A stretch of DNA of 64,000 bases from a bacterium (GCA_031362565.1 JANLSU010000120.1:64001-128000), one strand, 5' to 3'; positions 38,318 through 48,117 are shown, counted from the stretch's first letter. Program-made: numbers and translations. The notes: generated by a model not told the origin, from the letters alone.

Positions 38318-40783
38318 TCAGAGCCCGTGTTCGCTCGCGACGGAGAGGACACGGCCGCGTTCGTACTCGGAGCGAATGGTGCGGGCGGCGTCCAGGAACG
38401 GCTGGCGCGTCTCGGCATCCACGCCGTGTTGGCTTGCGAGCTGCACGAGCAGTTCGGCGCGCTCGTACTCTGAATGGATCGTCGGCGCCGACTTCAACAC
38501 CGAAAGCAGGACCGGCGTGCCGACGTTGCGGCGCTCGAGCAGCGTCGCCAACACGCGCCGGTGTTCGTAGTCCGAACCCAAGTTGTCGGCGGCATTCAGG
38601 AACTCGACTCCCAACGGCTGGCTCGCTGGCTGCACTTTCAGCACTTCAATGAGCAATTCGGCGGACTCGTAGTCGGATTCGATGCCGGACGCGACTTTCA
38701 GGAGCGCCGTCGTCACCGCCGGTGATGCCGGGCCCTTCTTCAGCATGGCCGACAGAACGCGGTGGCGTTCGTAGTCCGAATCGACGGTTCCGGCTGCCTG
38801 CACGAAAGCAGCACACGTCGCATCGTCGAGCAAACGCCCGTTGCTCACCTGGACGAGCAGTTCAGCCAGTTCGTAGTCGGATTCGATGTCGTCGCCGGCC
38901 TGTTGCACAAGGCGTTGAATCGTGGCGCCATCGAGGTTGTCCATCTGGAGCAGTACCGCGTAGTACTGGCGGCGCGAATAGTCACTCTGGATCTCGTGCA
39001 CCTCGCGCATCAGACCGTCGACGCCATCACGCGCCAGGATGTTCTTGGCACGTGCCTCGGCGCCGTAGCCGGTGCGGCGGAAGAGCGTCGCCAGCGATTG
39101 CGCGAACCACTGCTGCGCCTCTGTATCGTACGGACGGGCATCGCCATCGACCCAATATTGGCGTTCGACTCCGCCGCTGGCTTGTGGCCGCAACTCGAGC
39201 CGGCGCTTCGGGTCGGCGCCCTTGTCCTCGAGTTCGAAATAGCCATCGCTGGAGATTTTGACAATGTCCGTTTGGTCGTCGTTGAAGTCGATCTTGCCCT
39301 CGGCGTCGACCTTGAGGTTCACGCCGTCGCCGCGCACCATCATCTTGAGATGGCCGTCGTCGTCTTGAATCGAGGCGGCGGTGCGGCCCTTGCCGCTGAC
39401 GTCGGTGTGCGTGCTCACGTGCGCGTGGGACGACCCTGCAACACGCGTGTCGGCCGCTGCACCGATGCTGAAAGCCGGCGCAGATTCGCCCGCCGCTTGC
39501 GCCGCCTGGGCCGTTTGGGCCGTTTGGGCCCGCGAAACTGCGGCAGGCGGCGACAGTGGCTGTGGCGCCGAAACGGACTCGGGTTCCGACTGGCTCGCGG
39601 GCGCGGGCGCGGCCGAGCCCGTTTGCTGTGGCACCTTCGGGCCGATAGCGGCGAGCGGTACGCTGATACAAAGCACCGCGATCCACGCCAGTACCGCGAG
39701 CTTGCGGGTTGGAACGGTCCGGCGCCGCTTGTCGTCCAGGATGGCGAGCAGACGCACGCTGAGTTGTGACGGTTGCGCCATTGCGACCGTCGGCGCAAGG
39801 CGCGCCGCCATCGGGCGGAGCGAACGCGACATCTCGAGCAGTTGCGTCGCATAGTCGGACGCTTTCGAGCCGCTGCGCAGCACTTGATCGTCGCACGCTC
39901 GCTCGCGTTCGAGGCGCAGTTGCGCGGCCGCGATCCACACGAGCGGATTGAACCAGTACAGGCCGCAGGCGATCTGCCCCAAGAACTGCATGGCGCAATC
40001 GTGGCGTTTGACGTGCGCCAGTTCATGCAGCAGCACCGCGCGGCGGCGTTCCGCCGGCCACTCGCCTGCATCGGCCGGCAGAAGGACGACCGGCCGCAGG
40101 AAGCCCCACGTCATCGGCATCGCCGGACCGCGAGCCCGCAGCAGGGTGATGCGGCGCCGCAGTCCGATCTCCCGGGCCAGCGATTGCGCCAAGCCCGGCA
40201 GCGCGCCCGACGTCTCGACGCCGGCCGCGCGGCACAGCATCCAGATGCCACCGATGCCGAGGCCGAGCCGCACGACGACCGCCAGCACACCCGCCGTCCA
40301 AGCGAGCAACACCCAGAGCCGCCAGTTGGCCGCGAGACTCGCGCCGCTCGCGCCGGCCGGTACGGTTGTGAGGTTGCTTGAAGGCGTGACTTGCGGGCTC
40401 GGTGTTGCGGGTGCATTGGCTTCGATCGGGTTCACTTCATGCGGCTTAGGCAGCGCGACGCTGGCAAACGTCTGTAGCACCGCCATCTGGGTGGCGTTCC
40501 GCGCCGGGCTTGGCAGCGCGGCCTGCGGCACGAGCCGTGGGACAAACGCCAGTTCCCAGCTCGGCAAGAGCGCCGAGAGGAGCGGCATCACGAGCGCGGC
40601 GCTGAGAGCCAGGCTCCAAACCAAATGGCGCACCGCGGCGCCCGTGTGGCGCAACGACCGCACCGCAAGCGCCGCGAGCCCCAACAAGACGGCGGTCTTG
40701 AGACTCGCATCGAACAGGATCCGCAGGACGTCGGTACCGGCCGCGAATTGCAAGGCGCGATCCAGGAGTGAGCCCATGTTCAT
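38318..40783 (-). CDS. BlaR1/MecR1-type M56 peptidase with C-terminal SDYE-repeat domain
   Basis: HELAH, WFNPLVW, ERACDD; TM helix, low-complexity linker, seven S[DE]Y repeats. Confidence 0.88.
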   Translation of the reverse strand: MNMGSLLDRALQFAAGTDVLRILFDASLKTAVLLGLAALAVRSLRHTGAAVRHLVWSLALSAALVMPLLSALLPSWELAFVPRLVPQAALPSPARNATQMAVLQTFASVALPKPHEVNPIEANAPATPSPQVTPSSNLTTVPAGASGASLAANWRLWVLLAWTAGVLAVVVRLGLGIGGIWMLCRAAGVETSGALPGLAQSLAREIGLRRRITLLRARGPAMPMTWGFLRPVVLLPADAGEWPAERRRAVLLHELAHVKRHDCAMQFLGQIACGLYWFNPLVWIAAAQLRLERERACDDQVLRSGSKASDYATQLLEMSRSLRPMAARLAPTVAMAQPSQLSVRLLAILDDKRRRTVPTRKLAVLAWIAVLCISVPLAAIGPKVPQQTGSAAPAPASQSEPESVSAPQPLSPPAAVSRAQTAQTAQAAQAAGESAPAFSIGAAADTRVAGSSHAHVSTHTDVSGKGRTAASIQDDDGHLKMMVRGDGVNLKVDAEGKIDFNDDQTDIVKISSDGYFELEDKGADPKRRLELRPQASGGVERQYWVDGDARPYDTEAQQWFAQSLATLFRRTGYGAEARAKNILARDGVDGLMREVHEIQSDYSRRQYYAVLLQMDNLDGATIQRLVQQAGDDIESDYELAELLVQVSNGRLLDDATCAAFVQAAGTVDSDYERHRVLSAMLKKGPASPAVTTALLKVASGIESDYESAELLIEVLKVQPASQPLGVEFLNAADNLGSDYEHRRVLATLLERRNVGTPVLLSVLKSAPTIHSEYERAELLVQLASQHGVDAETRQPFLDAARTIRSEYERGRVLSVASEHGL

Positions 40784-41169
40784 CGTCCTTCTTTCCTGGC
40801 CTGTTCGATCAGTTGCGACAACCGTTCGAGTTCATCGTTGGAGAGGTCCGACGACGACATGTCGAGGAGCGCCGCCATGGCCTGTTCAGTCGACCCGGCG
40901 AAAAAGGTCCGCACCAACTGCTGCATCGCCGACTGGCGCGCTTTCTCGCGCGGCACGGTCGGCAGGTACACGTAACGCGGGCCATCCTGAACGTGCTTGA
41001 TGTGATTCTTGTCCTCCAGCACCCGCAGGAGTGCACGCACCGCCGAATAGCTCGGTGGATCGGGCAGGTTGGCTTGCACGGCACCCGCCGTCGCCTTCCC
41101 CAGTCGATACAGCACGTCCATGATCTGGCGCTCGCGGCGGCTCAGAACCGGACGGGGTTTCTCGGCCAT
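40780..41169 (-). CDS. BlaI/MecI/CopY-family repressor
   Basis: LSRRERQIMD..YSAVRALLRVLE.K, FF.GS; stop overlaps the M56 start. Confidence 0.92.
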   Translation of the reverse strand: MAEKPRPVLSRRERQIMDVLYRLGKATAGAVQANLPDPPSYSAVRALLRVLEDKNHIKHVQDGPRYVYLPTVPREKARQSAMQQLVRTFFAGSTEQAMAALLDMSSSDLSNDELERLSQLIEQARKEGR

Positions 41170-41199
41170 TCTCGGACTCCTCCGCCAATCCCGCTATGG

Positions 41200-41236
41200 G
41201 TGCTAGAAATTTAGCTCTGTGCTAAAAATACTGCAC
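41200..41236. promoter_or_regulatory. Tandem palindromic operator, probably for BlaI-like autoregulation
   Basis: GTGCTAGAAATTTAGCTC (41200-41217) and GTGCTAAAAATACTGCAC (41219-41236). Confidence 0.6.
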
Positions 41237-41275
41237 CTCGGCGCGCAGCGTCAAGGGCCTTTCCTCTGCGCTTGA

Positions 41276-41980
41276 TCAGGCGGTCCGGCGGCGCTGCGGG
41301 CGCCTGCGGGGCGCGGCGGGCGATGGCTTGACGGTTTCCCACAGGCGGAAGCCGCCCACGAAGGCGTTGGCGTTGTTGCCGAGGCGCGTACCGCTCGGCA
41401 GCTCGTCGAGCTTCTTGGCGTTACCGCCGCCGATGACGACACAATCCGATTCGAGTGCGGCGCGCAACCGTTCGACGACGTCCGCGACGCACTGGCGCCA
41501 CTTCTTCTTGCCAATCCGTTCGAGGCCGCGCAGACCGACGTAGTCTTCGTAGGTGCGCCCATTCTTGTAGGGCAAGTGTCCCAGCTCCATCGGTGCCAGC
41601 TGACCGTTGATGACCATCGCGGAGCCGAGCCCGGTGCCAAGCCCAAGAAACAACATGCGGCCCGTCTCATAGCTGCCGAGCGCCTGCATCGCCGCATCGT
41701 TCACGACCTTCACCGGGCAGCCGAATGCCTTTTGAAAATCGAAACCGATCCAGCCACGCGCGAGGTTGTGCGGTTCGGCCGTGATCCGATCGTCAACGAC
41801 CAGTCCGGGGTAACCGATCGAAATCACGTCGTACGGCCAACCGGCGGCAAGATGCCGAACCGCCTCCACCATGCGCTCAGGGGTCATGGTGGGCCCCGAT
41901 TCGACCTTGCGCGGCTCGGACTGGCCGCTGGCCAGCACTTTCACGTGCGTTCCGCCGACATCGATGGTGAGTACTTTCAT
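41276..41980 (-). CDS. ppgK: ROK-family polyphosphate glucokinase-like protein
   Basis: IDVGGT.VK, NDAAMQALG, GLGTGLGSA, ELGHL, IGGGNAKK. Confidence 0.8.
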   Translation of the reverse strand: MKVLTIDVGGTHVKVLASGQSEPRKVESGPTMTPERMVEAVRHLAAGWPYDVISIGYPGLVVDDRITAEPHNLARGWIGFDFQKAFGCPVKVVNDAAMQALGSYETGRMLFLGLGTGLGSAMVINGQLAPMELGHLPYKNGRTYEDYVGLRGLERIGKKKWRQCVADVVERLRAALESDCVVIGGGNAKKLDELPSGTRLGNNANAFVGGFRLWETVKPSPAAPRRRPQRRRTA

Positions 41981-41983
41981 GGC

Positions 41984-42055
41984 TCCCCTTGCGGACAAAC
42001 CCAGCCGCCGACCTCCGCGGTCAAGCGATCGGCCTCGGCCGGGCCCCAGGTGCCC
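41984..42055. repeat. 72-bp direct repeat, copy 1 (displaced zwf 3' end)
   Basis: Identical by eye to 43397-43468. Confidence 0.95.
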
Positions 42056-42108
42056 TTGGTCGAAGCCGTATTCCCACATCGTGTCTCGCGCTTGCCCATG
42101 ACCACCGC

Positions 42109-42707
42109 CTACCAGTACCAGTTGAAGCCGAGACCTCCCGCGAGCAGGGTGTCCGATCCAAGCGTGTCTAGACTTTGGTATGTGGCCTCGACCTGTGGCG
42201 CAAGTGCGAATCGCCGCGTGAGCCGCCACTCGTGCCCAACAGCAAAAAGCAGTGCAAGGCCGGTCTCGTCATCGGACACGGTGACGCCGAGGATCTTGAC
42301 TTCCACAGCGACCCGGGCAAGGCCGATTCCGCCGCGAAGGAAGAGGCCCGTTCCGGGTGCATAGTACGTAAGTGCCGCCAACGCACTTGCACAGTAGTGT
42401 TGACGTCTCCAAAGATCTCCGTGATACCGTCGTCCGCAATCCCGAGAAACTCATCGTCGAAGGTCCTGGTCCAAGCGTTGCTTTCGAAGTGCAGCACAAG
42501 GTCTGGACGCGCGGCATACCCGATGCGAAAATTACCCATCACGCTGCCCTTACGCGCATCAGCGTCCTCAAATCCCAAGCTACCGCCCCCGATTCCAAAA
42601 CCAACCATGAACCCGTCGCGAGTATGGGGATGTGCTTGACCCCAAGCCAACGTCGTCACCAACTGGCAGGTGATGAACGCGAGGATCGTAGCGCGGCATC
42701 TTTTCAT
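42109..42707 (-). pseudogene. Outer-membrane beta-barrel protein, frameshifted near 42390
   Basis: Signal peptide and barrel strands in frame 42707; continues ASALAALTYYAPG...GLGFNWYW* in another frame. Confidence 0.7.
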
Positions 42708-42748
42708 TTTCGGCTCCTTCTTCCCGTTAATGTGTCCTTACAAATCGA

Positions 42749-43132
42749 CTATTCGGGCGCTCTTAGGACTCGGACTGCAATTGCGCGGCCCTTTCGTTCC
42801 GCGCTAGTACCGAAGATTGCAGCCGCGACCTTTGCCCCAGCGCCAGGTTCACTCAGTGCATCCAGGATGATTCCGTTCGCGCCCAACTTCGACGCTTCCT
42901 TGCGCATTGATTTGATCATCTGAGCTTCGTTCGTCCACCCCGATGAGCCGGCAGAGTTCAGCAGGGCGATCTCCTCGTACTTACCGGGAACCTGACTCGC
43001 CGTGCGGTAAACAACAACGCTGTCAACGGGGACAGGCCCATACGTAGGACCGGAGCCAAGTTTGACAAAATTGGTAGAGACACAAGAGACGAGAAACAAT
43101 GCAAGCACGAGAACGGCGACAAGAGGGCGCAT
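42749..43132 (-). CDS. Small lipoprotein (YbjQ-like fold likely)
   Basis: AAGGAG RBS; lipobox LVSC; YEEIALL..MRKEASKLGANGII..G.AIAV. Confidence 0.75.
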   Translation of the reverse strand: MRPLVAVLVLALFLVSCVSTNFVKLGSGPTYGPVPVDSVVVYRTASQVPGKYEEIALLNSAGSSGWTNEAQMIKSMRKEASKLGANGIILDALSEPGAGAKVAAAIFGTSAERKGRAIAVRVLRAPE

Positions 43133-43392
43133 CGAACCACTCCTTGTTTGATCCAGCAAGCGGCCACACCTTGGGTGTGCGAACCCCGCCGAGACGAGGG
43201 ATCGGAATAGCACTCGTGCAGCCCAAGCCATGGATGCAGACCTTACGCGCCAATGGAAGCCAATGCAAGGGCCGCGTACTGCAGGCGATTGGTTCTCACA
43301 TGTCAGGTAAGCGGCGAGTTCCCGGCGCGGTGTTCTACGTCTGGACCAAGGCTCGCCCCGGTTCCGGATTGCCTCGGTCGCGGCGTGCACAT

Positions 43393-44763
43393 CTATTCCC
43401 CTTGCGGACAAACCCAGCCGCCGACCTCCGCGGTCAAGCGATCGGCCTCGGCCGGGCCCCAGGTGCCCGGTTCGTATTCGTGCGCCGGCACCGCGTTGCC
43501 GAGTACGGGTTCGACGATCTTCCAAGCCGCCTCGACCGCATCCTGCCGTGCAAACAACGTCGGATTGCCATCCATCGCGTCGCCGAGCAGCCGCTCGTAA
43601 GCACCCATTTCGTTGTTGGCCGGCCGGTGGACGAAGGTCAGCTCGGTCGGCTCGGCGATCATCGCCAAGCCCGGTGTCTTCACCCGCGCGCCGATCGCAA
43701 TCGTCACATCGGGACTCAGCCGCAACCGCACATGGTTGCCTTGGCCGGGGGCGAGGTTGGTGAGCGGCGGCCGCTTGAAGGTGACCATGACTTCGGTGGC
43801 GGTCACGGGCATACATTTGCCGGCGCGCATGAAAAACGGTACGCCATCCCAGCGCCACGAATCAATGTTGACTCGTACCGCCGCGAACGTTTCGACTTGC
43901 GAGCTGGGATCGACACCAGACTCGCCCCGATAGCCACCGAACTGGCCGCGCACCAAATTCTTGGGCGCGAAAGGTTCGACTTGGCGAAAGACCTTCACGA
44001 GTTCATCGCGAATCGACTCGTTGTAGGTCGTCGCCGGCGGCTCCATGGCCAGAATCCCGAGCACCTGCAGCATGTGGTTCTGCACCACATCACGGATGGC
44101 GCCGGCCTCTTCGTAGAAGCGTCCGCGACCCTCGACACCGATCTGCTCGGCCATCGTGATCTGCACGCTCTCGATGTAGTTGCGGTTCCACACCGGCTCG
44201 AGAAGGGTGTTGGCGAACCGGAAGACGATGAGGTTCTGGACCGCTTCCTTGCCCAAGTAGTGGTCGATGCGAAACACCGCCGGCTCGTCGAAAACGGTGT
44301 GCAAGGTTCGATTCAGCGCCTCGGCCGAAGCCACATCACGGCCGAACGGCTTCTCGACGACGACCCGGGCATTTTTGGCGCAACCCGACCGGCCGAGGTT
44401 CTCGACCACGACGGGAAACATGCTGGGCGGAATCGCGAGATAGTGGACCGGCCGGGTCGTACCATCGAGCCGGCGGCAGAGGGCGTCGAAAGTGGCACTG
44501 TCGTTGTAGTCACCGTCGACGTAACCCAGCAACTGCGCGAGTTTCGCGAACGCCGTCTCGTCGACACCGCCGCCATGCTCTTGCAGACTCGCCCGGGCGC
44601 GCGCCCGGAGTTCGTCGATCGTCCAGCCGGCCTTCGCGACCCCGATGACCGGCATGTCGAGCCGGCCACGGCGAATCATCGCTTGCAGCGCCGGGAAGAT
44701 CTTCTTGTACGCGAGATCGCCGGTCGCGCCGAAGAAAACAAACGCGTCGGAGCGGTTCGCCAT
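43393..44763 (-). CDS. zwf: Glucose-6-phosphate 1-dehydrogenase
   Basis: FGATGDLA, EKPFG, RIDHYLGKE, DVVQNH, RW.GVPF..RAGK. Confidence 0.95.
   Translation of the reverse strand: MANRSDAFVFFGATGDLAYKKIFPALQAMIRRGRLDMPVIGVAKAGWTIDELRARARASLQEHGGGVDETAFAKLAQLLGYVDGDYNDSATFDALCRRLDGTTRPVHYLAIPPSMFPVVVENLGRSGCAKNARVVVEKPFGRDVASAEALNRTLHTVFDEPAVFRIDHYLGKEAVQNLIVFRFANTLLEPVWNRNYIESVQITMAEQIGVEGRGRFYEEAGAIRDVVQNHMLQVLGILAMEPPATTYNESIRDELVKVFRQVEPFAPKNLVRGQFGGYRGESGVDPSSQVETFAAVRVNIDSWRWDGVPFFMRAGKCMPVTATEVMVTFKRPPLTNLAPGQGNHVRLRLSPDVTIAIGARVKTPGLAMIAEPTELTFVHRPANNEMGAYERLLGDAMDGNPTLFARQDAVEAAWKIVEPVLGNAVPAHEYEPGTWGPAEADRLTAEVGGWVCPQGE
43397..43468. repeat. 72-bp direct repeat, copy 2 (current zwf 3' end)
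   Basis: Identical by eye to 41984-42055. Confidence 0.95.
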
Positions 44764-44932
44764 TGCGCGTCTGTCACCCCGCCCTGAGATCGAGTGGCAA
44801 AGAGGTCCGAGCTCGCCCGCCGCGTCACGTTGCGCCTCCCGCACCGGAATCGTCAACCACCCGACGTTTGACGTACGTCCGCAATCGGCCTATACACTTC
44901 ATCCGGGGCCTCGTCCGAAAGGGAGCGCCAAG

Positions 44933-45322
44933 ATGAAGTTTTTGCAACGTTACTCACCCGCCATTTACGCAATCCTACGCATCGTGGCCGGCGTGCTGTT
45001 CGCCTGCCATGGTGCACAGAAGCTCTTCGGCGCCTTCGGCGCTCAACCTGCAACCGGCAACCCGCTCATGCTCGTGGGCGGCATTGTCGAGTTCGGCGGT
45101 GGAGTGCTGGTCGCCATTGGCCTGTGGGCCGGCCTCGCCGCCTTCATCTGCAGCGGCCAGATGGCGGTTGCCTATTTCAAGGCGCATGCCGCCGGCGGCT
45201 TCTGGCCGATCGTCAATCATGGCGAGCTGGCGGTCCTCTACTGTTTCCTTTTCCTCTACATCGCCGCACACGGCGCCGGAATTTGGAGTGTCGACTCGCT
45301 CATGAAGCGGCGGCGCGGCTGA
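44933..45322 (+). CDS. DoxX-family membrane protein
   Basis: LRI..G.LF..HG.QKL, EF.GG.L, M.VAYF..H, GELA.LY, GAG.WSVD; upstream TTGACG-17 nt-TATACA. Confidence 0.9.
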   Translation: MKFLQRYSPAIYAILRIVAGVLFACHGAQKLFGAFGAQPATGNPLMLVGGIVEFGGGVLVAIGLWAGLAAFICSGQMAVAYFKAHAAGGFWPIVNHGELAVLYCFLFLYIAAHGAGIWSVDSLMKRRRG

Positions 45323-45343
45323 TTTCGCACCCGAAAGAAGGAA

Positions 45344-45373
45344 GCGCCCCGAAGCGTCATGGCTTCGGGGCGC
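45344..45373 (-). terminator. Hairpin terminator between convergent genes
   Basis: GCGCCCCGAAGC-6 nt-GCTTCGGGGCGC; pyrimidine tail on the minus strand. Confidence 0.65.
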
Positions 45374-45428
45374 AGTCCGTCGCGATCGGTTTCGCGTCAC
45401 AAGGACGCGGCGCCCGCTCGCATGAGCG

Positions 45429-46664
45429 CTATCCGGACGAAGCGCGAACAATCTCGTTCGACGGTGTTTGCTGATTGCGACCGGAACCGCCCGGGCGCGG
45501 AATCGGAACCGGCGCGGGCACGGGCGGCGATGCGTCCGTGTCGACCTGCGCGTCGAAAACGAGGTTCGCCCAATTGCGTGAACCACCGACCGCATAAGCG
45601 TGCAGGAAGAACATGCCGCCGAGCGGTGCCGTGGTGCGTTCCGTGGCTTGCAAGGACGCTACAGTGGCGCCGGTTCCACGCCGCGTGACGAGTGCCGTCC
45701 AACGCACGCCGCCGGCCAGGCGCGTTGCCGTCAACACGAAGTGCAGCCACTCGTTGCTCGGTTGATAAAAGCCGCTCGCGTTCAGCGTACCGGTAAGGCG
45801 AGTGTCCGCACCGGGCGTGCCCGCCGAGCCACCCCAAGGCCACGTCTCGGTCGCGGTTGGACCCGAGCGGAGCGAGATCGCGTCGCGATCGAATTGCAGG
45901 CGCACGTAGTCGCGCTTCGAACGCCCCGTCGGCTGCAACTCACCGGCTTGCATGCCCACCGAAATCCAGCGGTCCACCCGCACATCGCCTTCGAGACGCA
46001 TGTCGTGGAAACGGCCGTGCCAGGGCACACCCTTGAACACGAAGTAGGACGAAGGATTGCGCGACTGCGGAAAGATGGCGGCACTCGTCGAATGGGTCTG
46101 ATTCAGTGCGACCCCGCGGCCGCGAATCCCGAACCGGTCGGTATAGGTCGCGACCTTCCACGGCGACGAATCGATGAACCCGTCCTCGAGCACGAAGCCG
46201 AAGCCGGGCAGCACGGCGCCATCGGACAAGCCGGCAATGACGTTGTTCAGTTCCCAGTGGTAAACGGGCGGGATCGTGATGGCCGGCAACGGTCCGGTGG
46301 TGCGCGCGACCCAGTCGAGAATCGTGCGCTTCTCACTGACCGGCAGCCGGACGACGAGCGGTGCCATCTCCTGCTGAACGCCGGTGCCGATGGCCTGCAC
46401 GGTGGCGAGCGTTTGCGAGCGCTGTGTGAAATCGAAGCCGCCGGTCGGATGCTGCGGTGTGTGACACCACACGCACCGTTGCTGCACCACGTTCCAGACG
46501 GCGTCTGGCATGGTGACGGTCGCGGCTGTTTGCGTACCGTTCTTGGCCACGAATCGTTCGGCCAGTCCAACCGGCGTCGGCTCGGTGCTGCAACCCAACA
46601 TCGCCGTCCACACACCACAGAGCGCCAGAGCCAGCGCGCACTTCCCTGATCCCCGCATCATCAT
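45429..46664 (-). CDS. Lipoprotein with mono-heme cytochrome c domain and C-terminal beta-sandwich
   Basis: Lipobox MLGC; CVWCH, downstream EMAP and ILDW. Confidence 0.65.
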   Translation of the reverse strand: MMMRGSGKCALALALCGVWTAMLGCSTEPTPVGLAERFVAKNGTQTAATVTMPDAVWNVVQQRCVWCHTPQHPTGGFDFTQRSQTLATVQAIGTGVQQEMAPLVVRLPVSEKRTILDWVARTTGPLPAITIPPVYHWELNNVIAGLSDGAVLPGFGFVLEDGFIDSSPWKVATYTDRFGIRGRGVALNQTHSTSAAIFPQSRNPSSYFVFKGVPWHGRFHDMRLEGDVRVDRWISVGMQAGELQPTGRSKRDYVRLQFDRDAISLRSGPTATETWPWGGSAGTPGADTRLTGTLNASGFYQPSNEWLHFVLTATRLAGGVRWTALVTRRGTGATVASLQATERTTAPLGGMFFLHAYAVGGSRNWANLVFDAQVDTDASPPVPAPVPIPRPGGSGRNQQTPSNEIVRASSG

Positions 46665-46832
46665 CCCCCGCGCATCGCCGGTTGGACCGGCACGTCTCGG
46701 GAGGAGTTCTGCAGGGATCGAACCAAACGGGCAGCGCATCGTGGCCGGCGGTGCCGCGTCGCTCCACATGCGAGCGGGGCGCGGTGTCAGGAGAGGCCGG
46801 ACGGCCTCAGAATCGGCTCAGGTCACATCCGG

Positions 46833-47390
46833 CTAGACCCGTGGCAGGGTGATTCCAACTTGGTGCATGTACTTGCCGGAGCGCTGCGAATACGGCTGCT
46901 CGCACTCTTCGTCGGATTCCAGGAAGAGCACCTGCGCCAGGCCCTCGCCGCTGTAGATCTTGGCCGGCAGCGGCGTCGTGTTCGAAATCTCGAGCGTCAG
47001 GGTTCCCGCCCATAAGGGTTCGAGCGGCGTGATGTTGCAGATGATGCCGCAGCGCGCGTAACTGCTCTTGCCGATGCAGATTCCCAGGACGTTGCGTGGG
47101 ATCTTGAACGCTTCGATGCTGCGTGCGAGCGCGAACGAGTTCGGCGGGATGATGCAGACCTCGCCCCGGAAATCGACGAACGAGTCGGGCGAAAAATCCT
47201 TGGGATCAACGATCGTGTTCCGGACGTTGGTGAAAATCTTGTACTCGTCGGCGACCCGCAGGTCGTAGCCGTAGGACGAGAGCCCGTACGAGATGACACC
47301 CTTGCGCTTCTGGTCGTAGTCGATGAACGGCGCGATCATCTCGTGCTCGATCGCCATACGGCGAATCCAGCGGTCGTTCTTGATGGCCAC
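46833..47390 (-). CDS. dcd: dCTP deaminase
   Basis: GTG after [45 protein letters not shown]. Confidence 0.95.
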   Translation of the reverse strand: MAIKNDRWIRRMAIEHEMIAPFIDYDQKRKGVISYGLSSYGYDLRVADEYKIFTNVRNTIVDPKDFSPDSFVDFRGEVCIIPPNSFALARSIEAFKIPRNVLGICIGKSSYARCGIICNITPLEPLWAGTLTLEISNTTPLPAKIYSGEGLAQVLFLESDEECEQPYSQRSGKYMHQVGITLPRV

Positions 47391-47752
47391 CAGGGCTCCT
47401 CGGGTGTGTGGGCAGGGGTTCTCGGGTGTCTTCGGCCGCCGGGCATCGGAGCCGGCGCCCACTCTACCGCAGCGCGCCGGGCGCGCGGCAGGTCCCCCGG
47501 CGGAAAAAAACGCTGTGCGAGTGGTACGGCGGCGCGAATCCACTGTTTTCATAGACCTTTTCGCGTTCGCCTGGCGCCTTTCCCGGCATTCAGGCCCGTG
47601 CGCCGCTCGGATGTAATTGTGGATGTCCGCGCAACTCCGGACACCATGTGCAGTTGACTCGCCAGGGATGGTTCGCGCCCCGACCTCGTCCCACCGCAGC
47701 CTCTTGGACCGCGATGGTTTTCCACACCACGCTCTGGACTCAGGTGCATCTA

Positions 47753-47836
47753 ACACAAGATGTTGTGAGTCCAGACCTCACAAAACACTACAGGTTGAGA
47801 AATATGCTTGACGACCCCGAAGGCGCCTCCTAGAGT
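47753..47836 (+). promoter_or_regulatory. Tandem NrdR boxes and nrdJ promoter
   Basis: ACACAAGATGTTGTGA (47753) and ACACTACAGGTTGAGA (47785), 32 bp apart; TTGACG (47808)-17 nt-TAGAGT (47831). Confidence 0.72.
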
Positions 47837-48117
47837 GCCCCCTTGCAAGCTTGCCGGCTGATGGGGTGAGAGCAGGAAGCTCGGATCCCCTTCCTCCAGA
47901 CGACCGTCCGCAGTAGGTGCTCGTCCGCAGGGTGCTGCGTCATTGCGTAGACCCACGGAACAGGTGCCTTGGACTTTTGCGTCTTCAGGGGGAAATCCAC
48001 ACCAGGCCGGCTTTGGCGACGAGTTCGAGAAACCGAGTCACTGGCGTTCGCGGGGCAGTTGTGTCGTGGAGCGGAGTGCTGGGACTCGCGTCTTCGAGGT
48101 TCTTAAAGGAGTCCGTT

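Larger units (their letters stand above)
42056..43396. mobile_element. Inserted cassette between zwf-3' direct repeats, with no recombinase
   Basis: Flanking 72-bp repeats; more AT-rich than its neighbours; separates zwf from ppgK. Confidence 0.65.

Noticed and set aside
39490..39535. Short GGGCCGTTT tandem repeat
   Set aside because: Encodes an AQT/AQA low-complexity linker; not a CRISPR or regulatory array
41981..43858. Shared peptide GHLGPGRGRSLDRGG in the extensions of two ORFs
   Set aside because: Off-frame translation of the 72-bp DNA repeat, not a protein domain
47955..48060. ACAGGTGCC...GGGAA...GTCACTG as a cobalamin riboswitch upstream of nrdJ
   Set aside because: Only scattered partial matches; the core elements are not convincingly present
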